Positions 39,668 through 49,199 of a stretch of DNA of 64,000 bases are shown here, piece after piece. The notes under the pieces were generated by a model. That model did no database searches, was not told the origin of the DNA, and saw only the letters and a program-made list of their open reading frames with translations. Origin of the DNA: an uncultured virus (IMG/VR IMGVR_UViG_3300011223_000002) (lineage: Duplodnaviria; Heunggongvirae; Uroviricota; Caudoviricetes); the IMG/VR virus record IMGVR_UViG_3300011223_000002, positions 1-64,000 of that record, one strand, 5' to 3'. The position numbers and the translations under genes were made by a program. Each line of letters starts with the position of its first letter. The stretch's first letter is position 1.

Positions 39668-40594
39668 GTGATTGAATTAATGATGTCTGGCGGCAGTAAG
39701 CCGCTGGTCGAATACCCTGACTCAGGTCCTGGTCCCAAGGTCCTAAGGAAGGGCGACGAGACACTTGGTTGGTTTGGAAATCTCACTCCAGAAGAACTTT
39801 TTACTGGCAAAGAACTCCTCGCGCTTACGGGATTGCCTGATACCACATCCCTTTTCGGCCGCTGGGTGTGGGTAAAAGTAATGGTTGATAAGCAGGTACT
39901 GTTTATCCCTAGTACTACAATAGCCAGCGGGTTATCATGGGAAACACTTTACCAGAACGGTCTCGTGTACGGTGATGGTACTGTGGGGAAGTACCCCTCG
40001 GGTACGCCGGTCAAACAAAACAAATTGTTGAGGAAGAGTGACAACTTTTTCCGAATAAGGCTATTTGGCAAGAATGACCCGGATCCAGCGACTGCGGCGG
40101 AAGGCGCGGGGAAGGAACAACTTCTGAAAGATTACGAGTTTGGGCGGTTCATCTCAGCCATCTACTATGGTAAACCGGAACTTACCAACTCGTGGGGGCT
40201 TTTTCCGTTCGACAGCGGGTTGTCTTGGGTTGCTCGGGTAATCTTGACTAGTCCATCTCAGTCAAGCAATTTGACCAAAGTATTGGGACTTTACCTCAGG
40301 ACATCGAATAGCGCACTACTCGAGACCCTCTATTACGAAAAGACATCAAGTTGGAGCGGGCTGCAATGGTGGCCCGTGCTGGAACTTTCACCATCAGACA
40401 CACTCATCCCTATCGGTACTCCGGCTGATAATTTCTATGACGACGCTTATCCCTCCCCGGTCGCCATCATTTCGGGTGATTACGAAGAAGCTACTGATGG
40501 AGATGCATTGAAGGGGATTTCGTTACGGGGGCTCAGTTACAATACGGATGACCCAAAACCCTTGGCAATCATCTCGCTCGATTATGAAGATTAA
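39668..40594 (+). CDS. Virion tail-associated paralog A1 (phiKZ gp131-like family)
   Basis: YPDSGPGP..L.KGD..G.FG, LFIP, SW..LY..GLVYG, C-terminal WWPVLEL. Confidence 0.7.
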   Translation: MIELMMSGGSKPLVEYPDSGPGPKVLRKGDETLGWFGNLTPEELFTGKELLALTGLPDTTSLFGRWVWVKVMVDKQVLFIPSTTIASGLSWETLYQNGLVYGDGTVGKYPSGTPVKQNKLLRKSDNFFRIRLFGKNDPDPATAAEGAGKEQLLKDYEFGRFISAIYYGKPELTNSWGLFPFDSGLSWVARVILTSPSQSSNLTKVLGLYLRTSNSALLETLYYEKTSSWSGLQWWPVLELSPSDTLIPIGTPADNFYDDAYPSPVAIISGDYEEATDGDALKGISLRGLSYNTDDPKPLAIISLDYED

Positions 40595-40605
40595 GGATAA
40601 GTGAC

Positions 40606-41592
40606 ATGCGACTAAGACTTCGCTGGACTGACCAAAACCCAAAAGCACACGATACGCTTATTTATCGGAGCGACTCACTCCCTACCAGTGACCCTGTCGG
40701 CGAACCTCTAGTAAGGTTAAGTAAGGGTGAAACGTTCTGGGATGATACAACCGTTATCCGGGGTAATGTCTACTGGTACACTTTCGTTGTTGAAAACAAA
40801 ACGAACCGGGTGGTGAGCTCGCCCGTTCAAGTCACTGCGCTCCCACGCACCGGGCATGGCCCTCAGAGTCTTACCTGGGGTGATTATGACTGGGGTATTT
40901 ATGGTACTATCAACCCTGAAGACTTCATTAACCACGCTGATTTAGCTAAAGCAGTGAATGCACCCGGTGCGTATTACAGCACAACGGCTTTAGCACAATG
41001 GGTTAAATTCTCGCGTAATGGCAAAACGCTTTTTGTCCCTCGCCGCGCGATCACATACAGCGTGTCTTGGAGCCAGCTTTATAGTGCGGGTCTTGTCTTT
41101 GGCGTGGATGGCCCGGGACCTCACAGTAACCAACTGCCTGAGGTTAATCAGAGGAAAACGATTCAAATCGGTGGTGACGAATACATCGTTCGCCTTCCAA
41201 CAGGTTTCGACGACAGAAATAACCCCAGTCGTCTTGTCCCGGAGTTTCAAGCCGGCGGCTTCACGCTCACAAATGGCGGCCCTTACCGAAAGTACAGTGA
41301 GTTAGCGGATCTGTTTTGGTCTTTATACAACCAGTTCCCCACCGACAGAACGCGTTCCATGTCTGGTATAGGGTACCTCACCTACCCTTATACTCCCAGC
41401 GCTGGGCCTATTATGCAATTACAAGAGATCAACGTCTATGACAAAAATGGGTATTCCCCGGTAGCCTTTAGCTCCAGCAATGATGTCCAACCATATACAA
41501 AGTCAACTAGTGTTCCGCCAAGCTCGACAAGTAACTCCTACGGTTGGTGGCCTGTGCTTGAACTTGTAGAGTCTTTGGAGGTAGTATTGTGA
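40606..41592 (+). CDS. Virion tail-associated paralog B1 (N-terminal Fn3-like domain)
   Basis: LRW...IYRS...FWDDT.V..GNVYWY followed by the shared core ending WWPVLEL. Confidence 0.7.
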   Translation: MRLRLRWTDQNPKAHDTLIYRSDSLPTSDPVGEPLVRLSKGETFWDDTTVIRGNVYWYTFVVENKTNRVVSSPVQVTALPRTGHGPQSLTWGDYDWGIYGTINPEDFINHADLAKAVNAPGAYYSTTALAQWVKFSRNGKTLFVPRRAITYSVSWSQLYSAGLVFGVDGPGPHSNQLPEVNQRKTIQIGGDEYIVRLPTGFDDRNNPSRLVPEFQAGGFTLTNGGPYRKYSELADLFWSLYNQFPTDRTRSMSGIGYLTYPYTPSAGPIMQLQEINVYDKNGYSPVAFSSSNDVQPYTKSTSVPPSSTSNSYGWWPVLELVESLEVVL

Positions 41593-42491
41593 GCATTAGA
41601 ATCAAGTGGTTAAACCGGAACGAGAATTATGATTCCATCACAGTTTACCGGGACACTAAGAAGATAGACATCGAGGCATTGCCTGAAAGTATTGCCGTGC
41701 TTTCAGGCGGCGAGAAGGATTACCTCGATACAACGGCACCTACTAAAACGTTACTTTACTACCTTATTGCCTTGAAGAAAGGCAGTAACGTCAGTTACTC
41801 AAAACCGAAGCCTACGGTAAATGTTGGATACACGGGCCCAGGTCCGCAGACCATCTGGATGGGTGATTGGCGGTTTGGGTACTTCGGACCTGTAAGCGGT
41901 GCCGAATTTTTTGGACCTACCGATCTCTGTGCACTCTGTGGGGTACCTGGAGCCTACACCTCCGGTGCGGAATGGCACAAGTTTGCGTTTAGGGGGAAGG
42001 TACTGTACTTCCCCTTCAATCTCATAAGCACAAACGTCAGCTGGAATAGGCTTTATGCCTTAGGCCTGGTGTTTGGTGTGGATGGTCCGGGGCCTTCAGG
42101 CCATGGCAATACACCGACAAACCAAATGAAGTTCGTCAATAAAGACGACGATCGTTTTATTGTCAGGCTCCCACGTTCAAACAACAGGGCATTATTCACT
42201 GCAGGGGTAGTAGATTCCACTGGCGAGGAACTTGCTGAATGGAACTTAATGGAAGCCCTAACAGGCGCAACCCATGGAGCTGATAATTACCTTTTAGGTA
42301 ACATGACCCGTAGCAACCTGGGTGTTAACCCCACCCCACTTGCCGAATTTCAAACAGGTGGTCTTACCGCGGGGTGTAACCACGTTAATGGCAACTCAGG
42401 TGGGTTTACTGTAAATGCCACGAACCTCGGTAACGCTAATCGCAACACTAACCTTTATTGGAGACCCGTCCTCGAATGGGTAATGCGTTAG
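41589..42491 (+). CDS. Virion tail-associated paralog C1
   Basis: Fn3-like N-terminus, shared core ending WRPVLEW; GTGA overlap with B1. Confidence 0.7.
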   Translation: MSIRIKWLNRNENYDSITVYRDTKKIDIEALPESIAVLSGGEKDYLDTTAPTKTLLYYLIALKKGSNVSYSKPKPTVNVGYTGPGPQTIWMGDWRFGYFGPVSGAEFFGPTDLCALCGVPGAYTSGAEWHKFAFRGKVLYFPFNLISTNVSWNRLYALGLVFGVDGPGPSGHGNTPTNQMKFVNKDDDRFIVRLPRSNNRALFTAGVVDSTGEELAEWNLMEALTGATHGADNYLLGNMTRSNLGVNPTPLAEFQTGGLTAGCNHVNGNSGGFTVNATNLGNANRNTNLYWRPVLEWVMR

Positions 42492-42593
42492 CACCTCTTG
42501 CGAGATAAGCATCACCTTGCCCTGGTCCTGTGAACAACGGATTAGTAGATAACTCTCCCTGGTTGTCTACTAATTGATAGAAGGAGCACTGCA

Positions 42594-43412
42594 GTGCTTG
42601 AATTAATGACAGTAGGTAACGGAAAACCCCCTGTGGTTTATCCGGACTCCGGGCCAGGTCCTCAGACGCTGGCTAAAGGAGACGAAAACTTTGGTTACTT
42701 TGGCACTTTGACAGCATCAAGTTTCTTGACCAGTCAAGAGCTTTCCGACATGTGCGGAATTACTGAGGGTAGCATTTTCATTGCTGCGCCTAACTGGGTA
42801 AAGTGCATGATCAAAGGTGTGGTGTTGTTTATACCCATCTGCTTTGTGCGATCCGGCGTAACCTACACTGACCTTTACAACAAAGGCGCGGTATATGGAG
42901 ACGATACCACCGGTAAGTATCCCCTCGGCGCTGGTGTAGTACAGGATAGGCGAATAACCGCTCGTAATACCCTTTTCAAAGTGCGGTTGTTTGGTCGTGA
43001 CGATACAGATCCCGTGAGTCAAATAACCGGGAAGATCGTCATGTCCAGTTACGAAATCGGGCGCTTTATAACCGGATTCTTCATTACCCCGAACCCGTAT
43101 ACCCCAGACCCTGCTTTCGCCAACTCCTTTAAGGTGGTAAGTAATGATGTGTTTAGCCAGCAGTTGAATGCTAAGAGTGTTACTACTATGCTAACTGCGG
43201 CTAGTAACGCTAATAACTCCCCCTACCTCTACATGAGGGACCAGGGTACATATGAGGTGGGTGTTAATGCTAAAACAGTGACGTACCCTTACTGGTGGCC
43301 GGTACTCGAAGTTGAAGACCCTAACAAAGTCATTCCTGCGAAGGACGTCACCAGCAACCCGAACACCGGCTTGATTCCTATCTCGGTCAGTTCCTTCACC
43401 TATGAACCCTAA
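42594..43412 (+). CDS. Virion tail-associated paralog A2
   Basis: MLELMTVG..YPDSGPGP...WWPVLEV; AAGGAG RBS. Confidence 0.7.
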   Translation: MLELMTVGNGKPPVVYPDSGPGPQTLAKGDENFGYFGTLTASSFLTSQELSDMCGITEGSIFIAAPNWVKCMIKGVVLFIPICFVRSGVTYTDLYNKGAVYGDDTTGKYPLGAGVVQDRRITARNTLFKVRLFGRDDTDPVSQITGKIVMSSYEIGRFITGFFITPNPYTPDPAFANSFKVVSNDVFSQQLNAKSVTTMLTAASNANNSPYLYMRDQGTYEVGVNAKTVTYPYWWPVLEVEDPNKVIPAKDVTSNPNTGLIPISVSSFTYEP

Positions 43413-43424
43413 GAGGTTACCCAG

Positions 43425-44411
43425 ATGCGAGTAAAACTCAAATGGACTGACCTGAACGTCAAACCGCACACCACTACCATTTATCGCTCCGACACAAAAC
43501 CAACCGGGACGGCACCTACTGGTACCGTTAAGGTTGTGCTCTCCAAAGGCGAGAATCAGTGGTTGGACGTGGATGTCGTTAAAGGCAATACCTACTGGTA
43601 CACACTCGTGACCAGCAACGGTAAGCAAACGGTATCGAGTAATGTCATTGAAGTCTTAGCAGTGTCCAATACCGGCGCAGGTCCCCAGGAATTGATCTCG
43701 GGCGATCTGGACCTCGGCTTCTACACCCACAACATACCGGCAGCGGCATTTATCACCAACGCGAAGCTGCTGGCTTGGTCGGGCCTCGCAGGTAGTGTTA
43801 ACTCCAACGAGATGATCTGGGGTAAATTCGCACGGCGCGGGAAAACCCTGTTTGCTCCTCGCCGTGCAGTGACCTCCGGAAGAGTATCGTGGAACAGTAT
43901 TTACCTTCTAGGGTTGATGTACGGCGTTAACGGCACAGGTCCTCAAAATGGAGGCAACACGCCAACCGAACAGATGCGGGTTATTAGCATCGATGGTAAC
44001 GACTATATCGTTCGTTGCATGACTTTCATCACCGACGACGATAACCCTAGTCGGTTGTTGCCGGTTGGCGTCTCTGCTGACAACATCGGCCCTTATCGAA
44101 GTCGAAGTGAGTTCAATGACATGGTAATGGCTCAGCACGCTGTCTATCCACCTAATCGCTCCCATGCACTGCCCTCTACCTACATGGGTGCCTACAGTTA
44201 TTATGGCATGAAATATGCCGTAGGGGGGTTTCAGCCCATTTGCCAAGAAATCAATGGGACACATCACATGACCATAGCCGATGGATTTAGAAGCGAGACG
44301 GACACAAAGCCAATGACACTGGGGCTGTTGTTAACGTTAAGCGACAGTAGCGGGAACTATGGTTGGTGGCCAGTGCTGGAACTGATCGAGCAAGTGGAGG
44401 TTTCTGTATGA
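43425..44411 (+). CDS. Virion tail-associated paralog B2
   Basis: Same length (328 aa) and architecture as B1. Confidence 0.7.
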   Translation: MRVKLKWTDLNVKPHTTTIYRSDTKPTGTAPTGTVKVVLSKGENQWLDVDVVKGNTYWYTLVTSNGKQTVSSNVIEVLAVSNTGAGPQELISGDLDLGFYTHNIPAAAFITNAKLLAWSGLAGSVNSNEMIWGKFARRGKTLFAPRRAVTSGRVSWNSIYLLGLMYGVNGTGPQNGGNTPTEQMRVISIDGNDYIVRCMTFITDDDNPSRLLPVGVSADNIGPYRSRSEFNDMVMAQHAVYPPNRSHALPSTYMGAYSYYGMKYAVGGFQPICQEINGTHHMTIADGFRSETDTKPMTLGLLLTLSDSSGNYGWWPVLELIEQVEVSV

Positions 44412-45316
44412 GCATTCGTCTAAACCTCACTAACCGCAATAAGAACTACGATTCGCTCGTCATCTATCGTTCGACAAGCAAGATTGATCTGGCCAACCTC
44501 CCCGCTCCTTTAGTGACGTTGGTTAACAAAGAACAATCCTACCTTGATACAACGGCGCCTAAAAACACGTTAGTGTATTACGCCTTTGCGGTGAAACGTG
44601 GTAGCGAGGTAACTTATTCCGTATCGCGCCCTGCTGTCAACGCAGGATACACCGGACCAGGTCCTCAGGAGCTGGTACTGGGTGATTGGCGGTTTGGGTA
44701 CTTTGGCTCTATGCCGGCAGCTGAACTCTTTACAGCAGTTGAACTCTGCGCGGCGTTTGGCATCGCTTCTCCTTACACAAACGGGTCGCTGACCTGGCAC
44801 AAGTTTGCGTTTAAAGGAAAGGTGTTGTATTTCCCAACGACCCACCTGAGCACGGCCGTTGGTTGGAATAGACTTTATGCCTTCGGTCTCGTGTTTGGTG
44901 TGGATGGCCCCGGACCTTCAGGGCATGGCAATGCTCCAACAAACCAGCTCAGGAAAGTTAAGAAAGGGGACGATGAATTGATTGTTCGTCTGCCTCGGTC
45001 GAATAACACCCCGGATTACACTCATGGAACTGTGAATGTAACCGACGGTCTCGATGTGGCTGAGTACGCATTGGTTTATTCCGCCCGAGCTGTTGACACA
45101 GGCGCCCCCAACACTACTTTGAATAACATCACCAGCTCAATGGTCAATGCGTCGTATGTTTCACCAATGGCTGAATTCCAAGCGGGCGCGATAACACTTG
45201 GGTGTAACCACATGGCCGTGAACACCTGGGCTGTGACGGCCACTGCGCCTGCTAACTGCCCTCGAAACGCCACGAACCACCTCTGGCGTCCTGTTTTGGA
45301 ATATGTCTTTACCTGA
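44408..45316 (+). CDS. Virion tail-associated paralog C2
   Basis: Start MSIRLN with ATGA overlap and GGAGG RBS; closely similar to C1. Confidence 0.7.
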   Translation: MSIRLNLTNRNKNYDSLVIYRSTSKIDLANLPAPLVTLVNKEQSYLDTTAPKNTLVYYAFAVKRGSEVTYSVSRPAVNAGYTGPGPQELVLGDWRFGYFGSMPAAELFTAVELCAAFGIASPYTNGSLTWHKFAFKGKVLYFPTTHLSTAVGWNRLYAFGLVFGVDGPGPSGHGNAPTNQLRKVKKGDDELIVRLPRSNNTPDYTHGTVNVTDGLDVAEYALVYSARAVDTGAPNTTLNNITSSMVNASYVSPMAEFQAGAITLGCNHMAVNTWAVTATAPANCPRNATNHLWRPVLEYVFT

Positions 45317-45340
45317 TAGAAAAAAAAAGAAAAGCTTACA

Positions 45341-45368
45341 CCTACCCTACCCGTAAGGGTAGGGTAGG
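45341..45368. terminator. Terminator between convergent modules
   Basis: CCTACCCTACCC-gtaa-GGGTAGGGTAGG with an upstream A-run. Confidence 0.75.
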
Positions 45369-45377
45369 GTTCTTCTA

Positions 45378-46115
45378 TTAAGGAATGATGGGTGGGGTAG
45401 GCGTCAGCTCTTCACGACGCAATTGCCCACGGGCTTGGCGACGAGCTTCTTCTTGTTTATCCGAGTTACCCCGCGGAACCCAGGGAGTAAAGCCTGCGAG
45501 GTTAGTCCAGCTGTTATAGATGGCCTCTGCGCGGCGTTCCACTTCGGCGTCTCGTTCAACTTGTCCAGGCATGAGTCCCTTGTACTGTTTTTCATTCATG
45601 AGAGGAACATTAATGGTTCCGTCAGGCGTCATGTAACCCTTGCTCACATGACTCTCGAGAATGGGCTGCATTTTCTCTTCAACGAACTCAGGTGGAAGAA
45701 CTTCCATCGCCCTTTCACGCAGCGCATTGACATCGTGCCCGCCCGTCAGATCATTCTTGAGAATGAACTCCCAGACCTTCTCAGCATCGATCTGAAGCGA
45801 CTTCTCTTTACCTGGATACTTGCCTTCAGCTACGAGCAGCTTACGCGAGAGCCAGCGCAAGCGCTCCTTAGCAGCGGTCAGGGCAACAAGACGTGAAATA
45901 TAACGTTCGCCATTACGGTGAGCATTGATCATGTTGGCAGCATCCATCTCTGCTGAGATATCTCCTACCATGTAGACGCGGTTTGCAAGCTCATCGTCCG
46001 AAAAGTCGGCCAGGGGTAATTCGTCCCGTGCTCGGTCGAGGTAGTCAGCAAATTCGTCGGGGACTCCGGCAACCAACCAGTTGGGGAGGTGTGCAACTTC
46101 TTTTAAATTAGCCAT
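45378..46115 (-). CDS. Hypothetical protein
   Basis: 245 aa ORF. Confidence 0.6.
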   Translation of the reverse strand: MANLKEVAHLPNWLVAGVPDEFADYLDRARDELPLADFSDDELANRVYMVGDISAEMDAANMINAHRNGERYISRLVALTAAKERLRWLSRKLLVAEGKYPGKEKSLQIDAEKVWEFILKNDLTGGHDVNALRERAMEVLPPEFVEEKMQPILESHVSKGYMTPDGTINVPLMNEKQYKGLMPGQVERDAEVERRAEAIYNSWTNLAGFTPWVPRGNSDKQEEARRQARGQLRREELTPTPPIIP

Positions 46116-46136
46116 GGTTCTCTATCTCTTTAGATG

Positions 46137-46742
46137 TTAACGAAATAATCCCAGCACGTTGCTGGTGATTAATTTAGTAACATGTTGTTTCTTAGGTGGA
46201 TCTTCTACAAGGGTATAATGGATGTTACCGGGACCTACACTTTCCTTGGGTAACCGACGATCACCAAAGGGATGAATGAAGTGGGTAGGTTCTTTATTCG
46301 TGTTGCTTACTTCAAACGTCCCCCAATGATTCATCTGGACTTTGTCCAAGATCAAATACTCTTGAGTAGCAATGGCATCCCAGACATGACGGTCATGGGT
46401 TAGAGTTTCAGGGGTCACTACACGTTCGTTCCCCTTGAACACCGGAGAGTAAACATGGAAGAACATGCTCGGGTAATTACGTTCTTCAAAATACTTCGAA
46501 ACGTTTGGGTAAACGCCCATGAAGCACCCCTTCAAACTGGAAGAAACTGAAATCCTTCCAATGTTGGGTTCGGGGTAAGGGAATGGTTCAGCATTTGGAT
46601 CAGGCGCCTGAGGGTGATTATCATCAGGCCGCTGGTTGAATTCTGGGTCCCATATCCCTTCCAGGTCTGCCTTGAAGCTGATGTGAAAAAGGTGGGGAAG
46701 ACGCAGTAGCGAGCTGCGGGTAGAATGGATTACGTGTGACAT
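46137..46742 (-). CDS. Hypothetical protein
   Basis: Start MSHVIH with AGGT RBS. Confidence 0.55.
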   Translation of the reverse strand: MSHVIHSTRSSLLRLPHLFHISFKADLEGIWDPEFNQRPDDNHPQAPDPNAEPFPYPEPNIGRISVSSSLKGCFMGVYPNVSKYFEERNYPSMFFHVYSPVFKGNERVVTPETLTHDRHVWDAIATQEYLILDKVQMNHWGTFEVSNTNKEPTHFIHPFGDRRLPKESVGPGNIHYTLVEDPPKKQHVTKLITSNVLGLFR

Positions 46743-46796
46743 AAAGCACCTGTAGGGCAGCGCCCGCCCATTACGGACGGACACTGCTTCAGAGGG

Positions 46797-47360
46797 TTAA
46801 CGTTGTTTGATCAGGGGTTCCTGCTTGCCCGTGCGGAAAGCTTCCTTTGTGTTCTGGTCAGACACGTTGACGCAGAGTGCTGCCATGTCTTTCTTCGGGA
46901 AACCCGCCATGCGCAACAGGGCACCGCGCACGAGGTATTCACGGGTCTTCTTGTATTCCTGGCAGACCTCGTTCTTACGGTTCTGCGAGATCTGGAATTC
47001 CTTACGCCCGCCCTCGATCACATTCTGCAGCTTCAGGTACAGGGTGTTGTCAAGCTGGTGGTTCTGCTCCTTGATCCATGTCATTGTGGCTTGAACACCC
47101 TTGCTGCCGTAGCGACCCTCGTAAGTGGCCTTGACCACATCTTTAAGGTCATCAGCGTACATCCCCGCAACACCCGCTGTTTCCTGGATGGTGAGGGTCA
47201 CCGTGGAGAGCACAGTCTCCGATTCGTTGTTCTTCTTTTCGATCTCATTTTCCCAGGTGATCGCTGTGTCGTACAGACTCTGGTACATGAGGAAAAGAGA
47301 ACCGGCTACTGCGGCGCCACCAAGTAAAACCACCAACAGTGCAATACCAACTGCTTTCAT
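46797..47360 (-). CDS. Membrane-anchored LemA-like coiled-coil protein
   Basis: N-terminal TM; LY.KLQNVIEGGRKEF..SQ...Y resembles the LemA C-terminal helix. Confidence 0.5.
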   Translation of the reverse strand: MKAVGIALLVVLLGGAAVAGSLFLMYQSLYDTAITWENEIEKKNNESETVLSTVTLTIQETAGVAGMYADDLKDVVKATYEGRYGSKGVQATMTWIKEQNHQLDNTLYLKLQNVIEGGRKEFQISQNRKNEVCQEYKKTREYLVRGALLRMAGFPKKDMAALCVNVSDQNTKEAFRTGKQEPLIKQR

Positions 47361-47369
47361 GTTTGTTCC

Positions 47370-48458
47370 TTAACGAGAGAAGACATCTTGTTTAATGACA
47401 AATACCGCAACACCAATCGCCAACAATAAGTTCACGACTGACATAATGACCACCCACGCTGTAGGCGGTGACCACGCGTTCTTCAGGTATTCAAACGTCC
47501 GGTTAGGGATGCGTTGGAAATCCTTCAAGATAAGCGCGTACTGCTCCTGAACAACGTCAATATCGAAGGTCCTCTTCAGGGTCATCGATTCCAACGTTTT
47601 CAACAGGATTTGATTGCCTTGCCCCTCAGCAAACGAGATGGCTCTCGACCACTGAATAGCATTTTGGTCATCAATCCCGTAGAACAGGATCACATCGTTC
47701 TTCCGAGCACCGCCCCACGCCTGCATCTGCGCGTAGTAGTAATCCGAAGGTTGATGTGTGACCACAAGGATGACATTGAGCTGTTTATCCAGCCCATCCT
47801 TTTTCAAACGGTTGTTGAGCCAGATACTGATACCGTCCCAATCCTGTCTGTCGTCCTGCACCACCCGACGGATGTTGTAGTAGTCAAACGGTTTGGGATA
47901 GGGCTGCAGAACGTCTGTGTAAGCCTCGTAGATAACATTGTCAGTATGGAAGCGTTTGTTGTCCAGCAACATGAAGTTCTGAACCATCCGGCTCTCAGCC
48001 ACCGGATCACCCTTTTCCACAATCGACCAGCGTACGGGCTCTTTCAACCCCTGCCGATCCTCCCGGTCTATCGTCCAGGTTCCTAGCGTAGTACGGACGT
48101 CCCAATCGACGTCATAACTGTGCTCGTTGCAATAAACCGGTTCACAGACCCGGCGACTGGTTGTTTTACCTTTACTGTCAGTGCTGGAGACGCTTCTGCA
48201 CGTCTCACCGCACTTATAGGTGTGCGAGCAAGACACTTTTACCCGCGCCTTATCGGTGACGTACCCCGAGAAGATGGCAAAGTCCGCGGATTTAGCCAGA
48301 GAGGCGGTGTTTACCAACCCCAGACAGATCAAGGTGCCGAGTAGACAACCCAGCAATTGTAAGCCCCATTCACGCCAGGTGATCTTGTGAGGGAACAACC
48401 AGCGCGTAAACAACACCACCAGAAAGGCGGGAATAAACACAGCGGGTAAGTAGTACAT
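47370..48458 (-). CDS. Membrane protein (two N-terminal TMs, one C-terminal TM, Cys-rich periplasmic region)
   Basis: Hydrophobic segments; CSHTYKC..C..C..C; LNVILVV..WGGARKNDVILFYG (TPM-like). Confidence 0.6.
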   Translation of the reverse strand: MYYLPAVFIPAFLVVLFTRWLFPHKITWREWGLQLLGCLLGTLICLGLVNTASLAKSADFAIFSGYVTDKARVKVSCSHTYKCGETCRSVSSTDSKGKTTSRRVCEPVYCNEHSYDVDWDVRTTLGTWTIDREDRQGLKEPVRWSIVEKGDPVAESRMVQNFMLLDNKRFHTDNVIYEAYTDVLQPYPKPFDYYNIRRVVQDDRQDWDGISIWLNNRLKKDGLDKQLNVILVVTHQPSDYYYAQMQAWGGARKNDVILFYGIDDQNAIQWSRAISFAEGQGNQILLKTLESMTLKRTFDIDVVQEQYALILKDFQRIPNRTFEYLKNAWSPPTAWVVIMSVVNLLLAIGVAVFVIKQDVFSR

Positions 48459-48493
48459 GGTCAGCAGTTCCGATCCACGTTAAAGTCCTTTTG

Positions 48494-48691
48494 TTATTTG
48501 GCGACATAATCCGGCATGGGGAGGCCGAGGAAGTGGTTTTCAATTGCTTGTTCCAACCAATCCCGATGACCTTGTTCCCCATGCGCGACAGCGCCGAATA
48601 AGGTATTGATGCGATCCAACATCTTCGCGGTTTCCTCGCAGCGGGTCTGGGCTTTCAGCTCAGCAATACGTTCAGCAAGTAATACGGACAT
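48494..48691 (-). CDS. Hypothetical protein
   Basis: Start MSVLL with GGGAG RBS. Confidence 0.55.
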   Translation of the reverse strand: MSVLLAERIAELKAQTRCEETAKMLDRINTLFGAVAHGEQGHRDWLEQAIENHFLGLPMPDYVAK

Positions 48692-48737
48692 GAAATATCT
48701 CCCAGTTGTTGGCATATCCGTATAATAACCTACTGGG

Positions 48738-49199
48738 TTAAGTTGTGGTCAAATGCTGCTCGTAAGCGCGAACAGAACGCTTAGAAGCAGCGCCGTTATT
48801 CAACGAGGTTATAATCCCGGCTTTGACGTCATCCCAGGTTGGGTAGAGATGGTTGTTATCCATCACGTACTTAACCACCTTGCGGTGCGTGAGGTCGAGA
48901 CCAACAGCCTCCAGCTCCTTGTTTAGCCGACGTAGCCAAGACATGCTGTAACCGGTGTTGCGCTCGAGTTGCCAGAAACGTTTATTCACCGCCTCTTTGC
49001 GTAGCTCCTCCCGATAGACTCGAAAGGCGTTGTCAACCTTTTCATGGAAATCCGGATCATGCCCCACCATCCGTTTTACAGTTTCTTCCGAGGAGTGGGT
49101 GATCATAAAAGTCATCAACCCCTTGAAGGGACCGATATGCTTATCCAACAGACCTTCTTGTACCAGGGAAAGAAGGGTCTCTTTATAACCTTTAGCCAT
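48738..49199 (-). CDS. Hypothetical protein
   Basis: 153 aa, GAGGA RBS. Confidence 0.6.
   Translation of the reverse strand: MAKGYKETLLSLVQEGLLDKHIGPFKGLMTFMITHSSEETVKRMVGHDPDFHEKVDNAFRVYREELRKEAVNKRFWQLERNTGYSMSWLRRLNKELEAVGLDLTHRKVVKYVMDNNHLYPTWDDVKAGIITSLNNGAASKRSVRAYEQHLTTT

Noticed and set aside
39668..45316. Diversity-generating retroelement acting on the variable C-termini of the W(W/R)PVLE paralogs
   Set aside because: No reverse transcriptase in the window and no template/variable repeat pair differing mainly at adenines; paralog differences involve all bases
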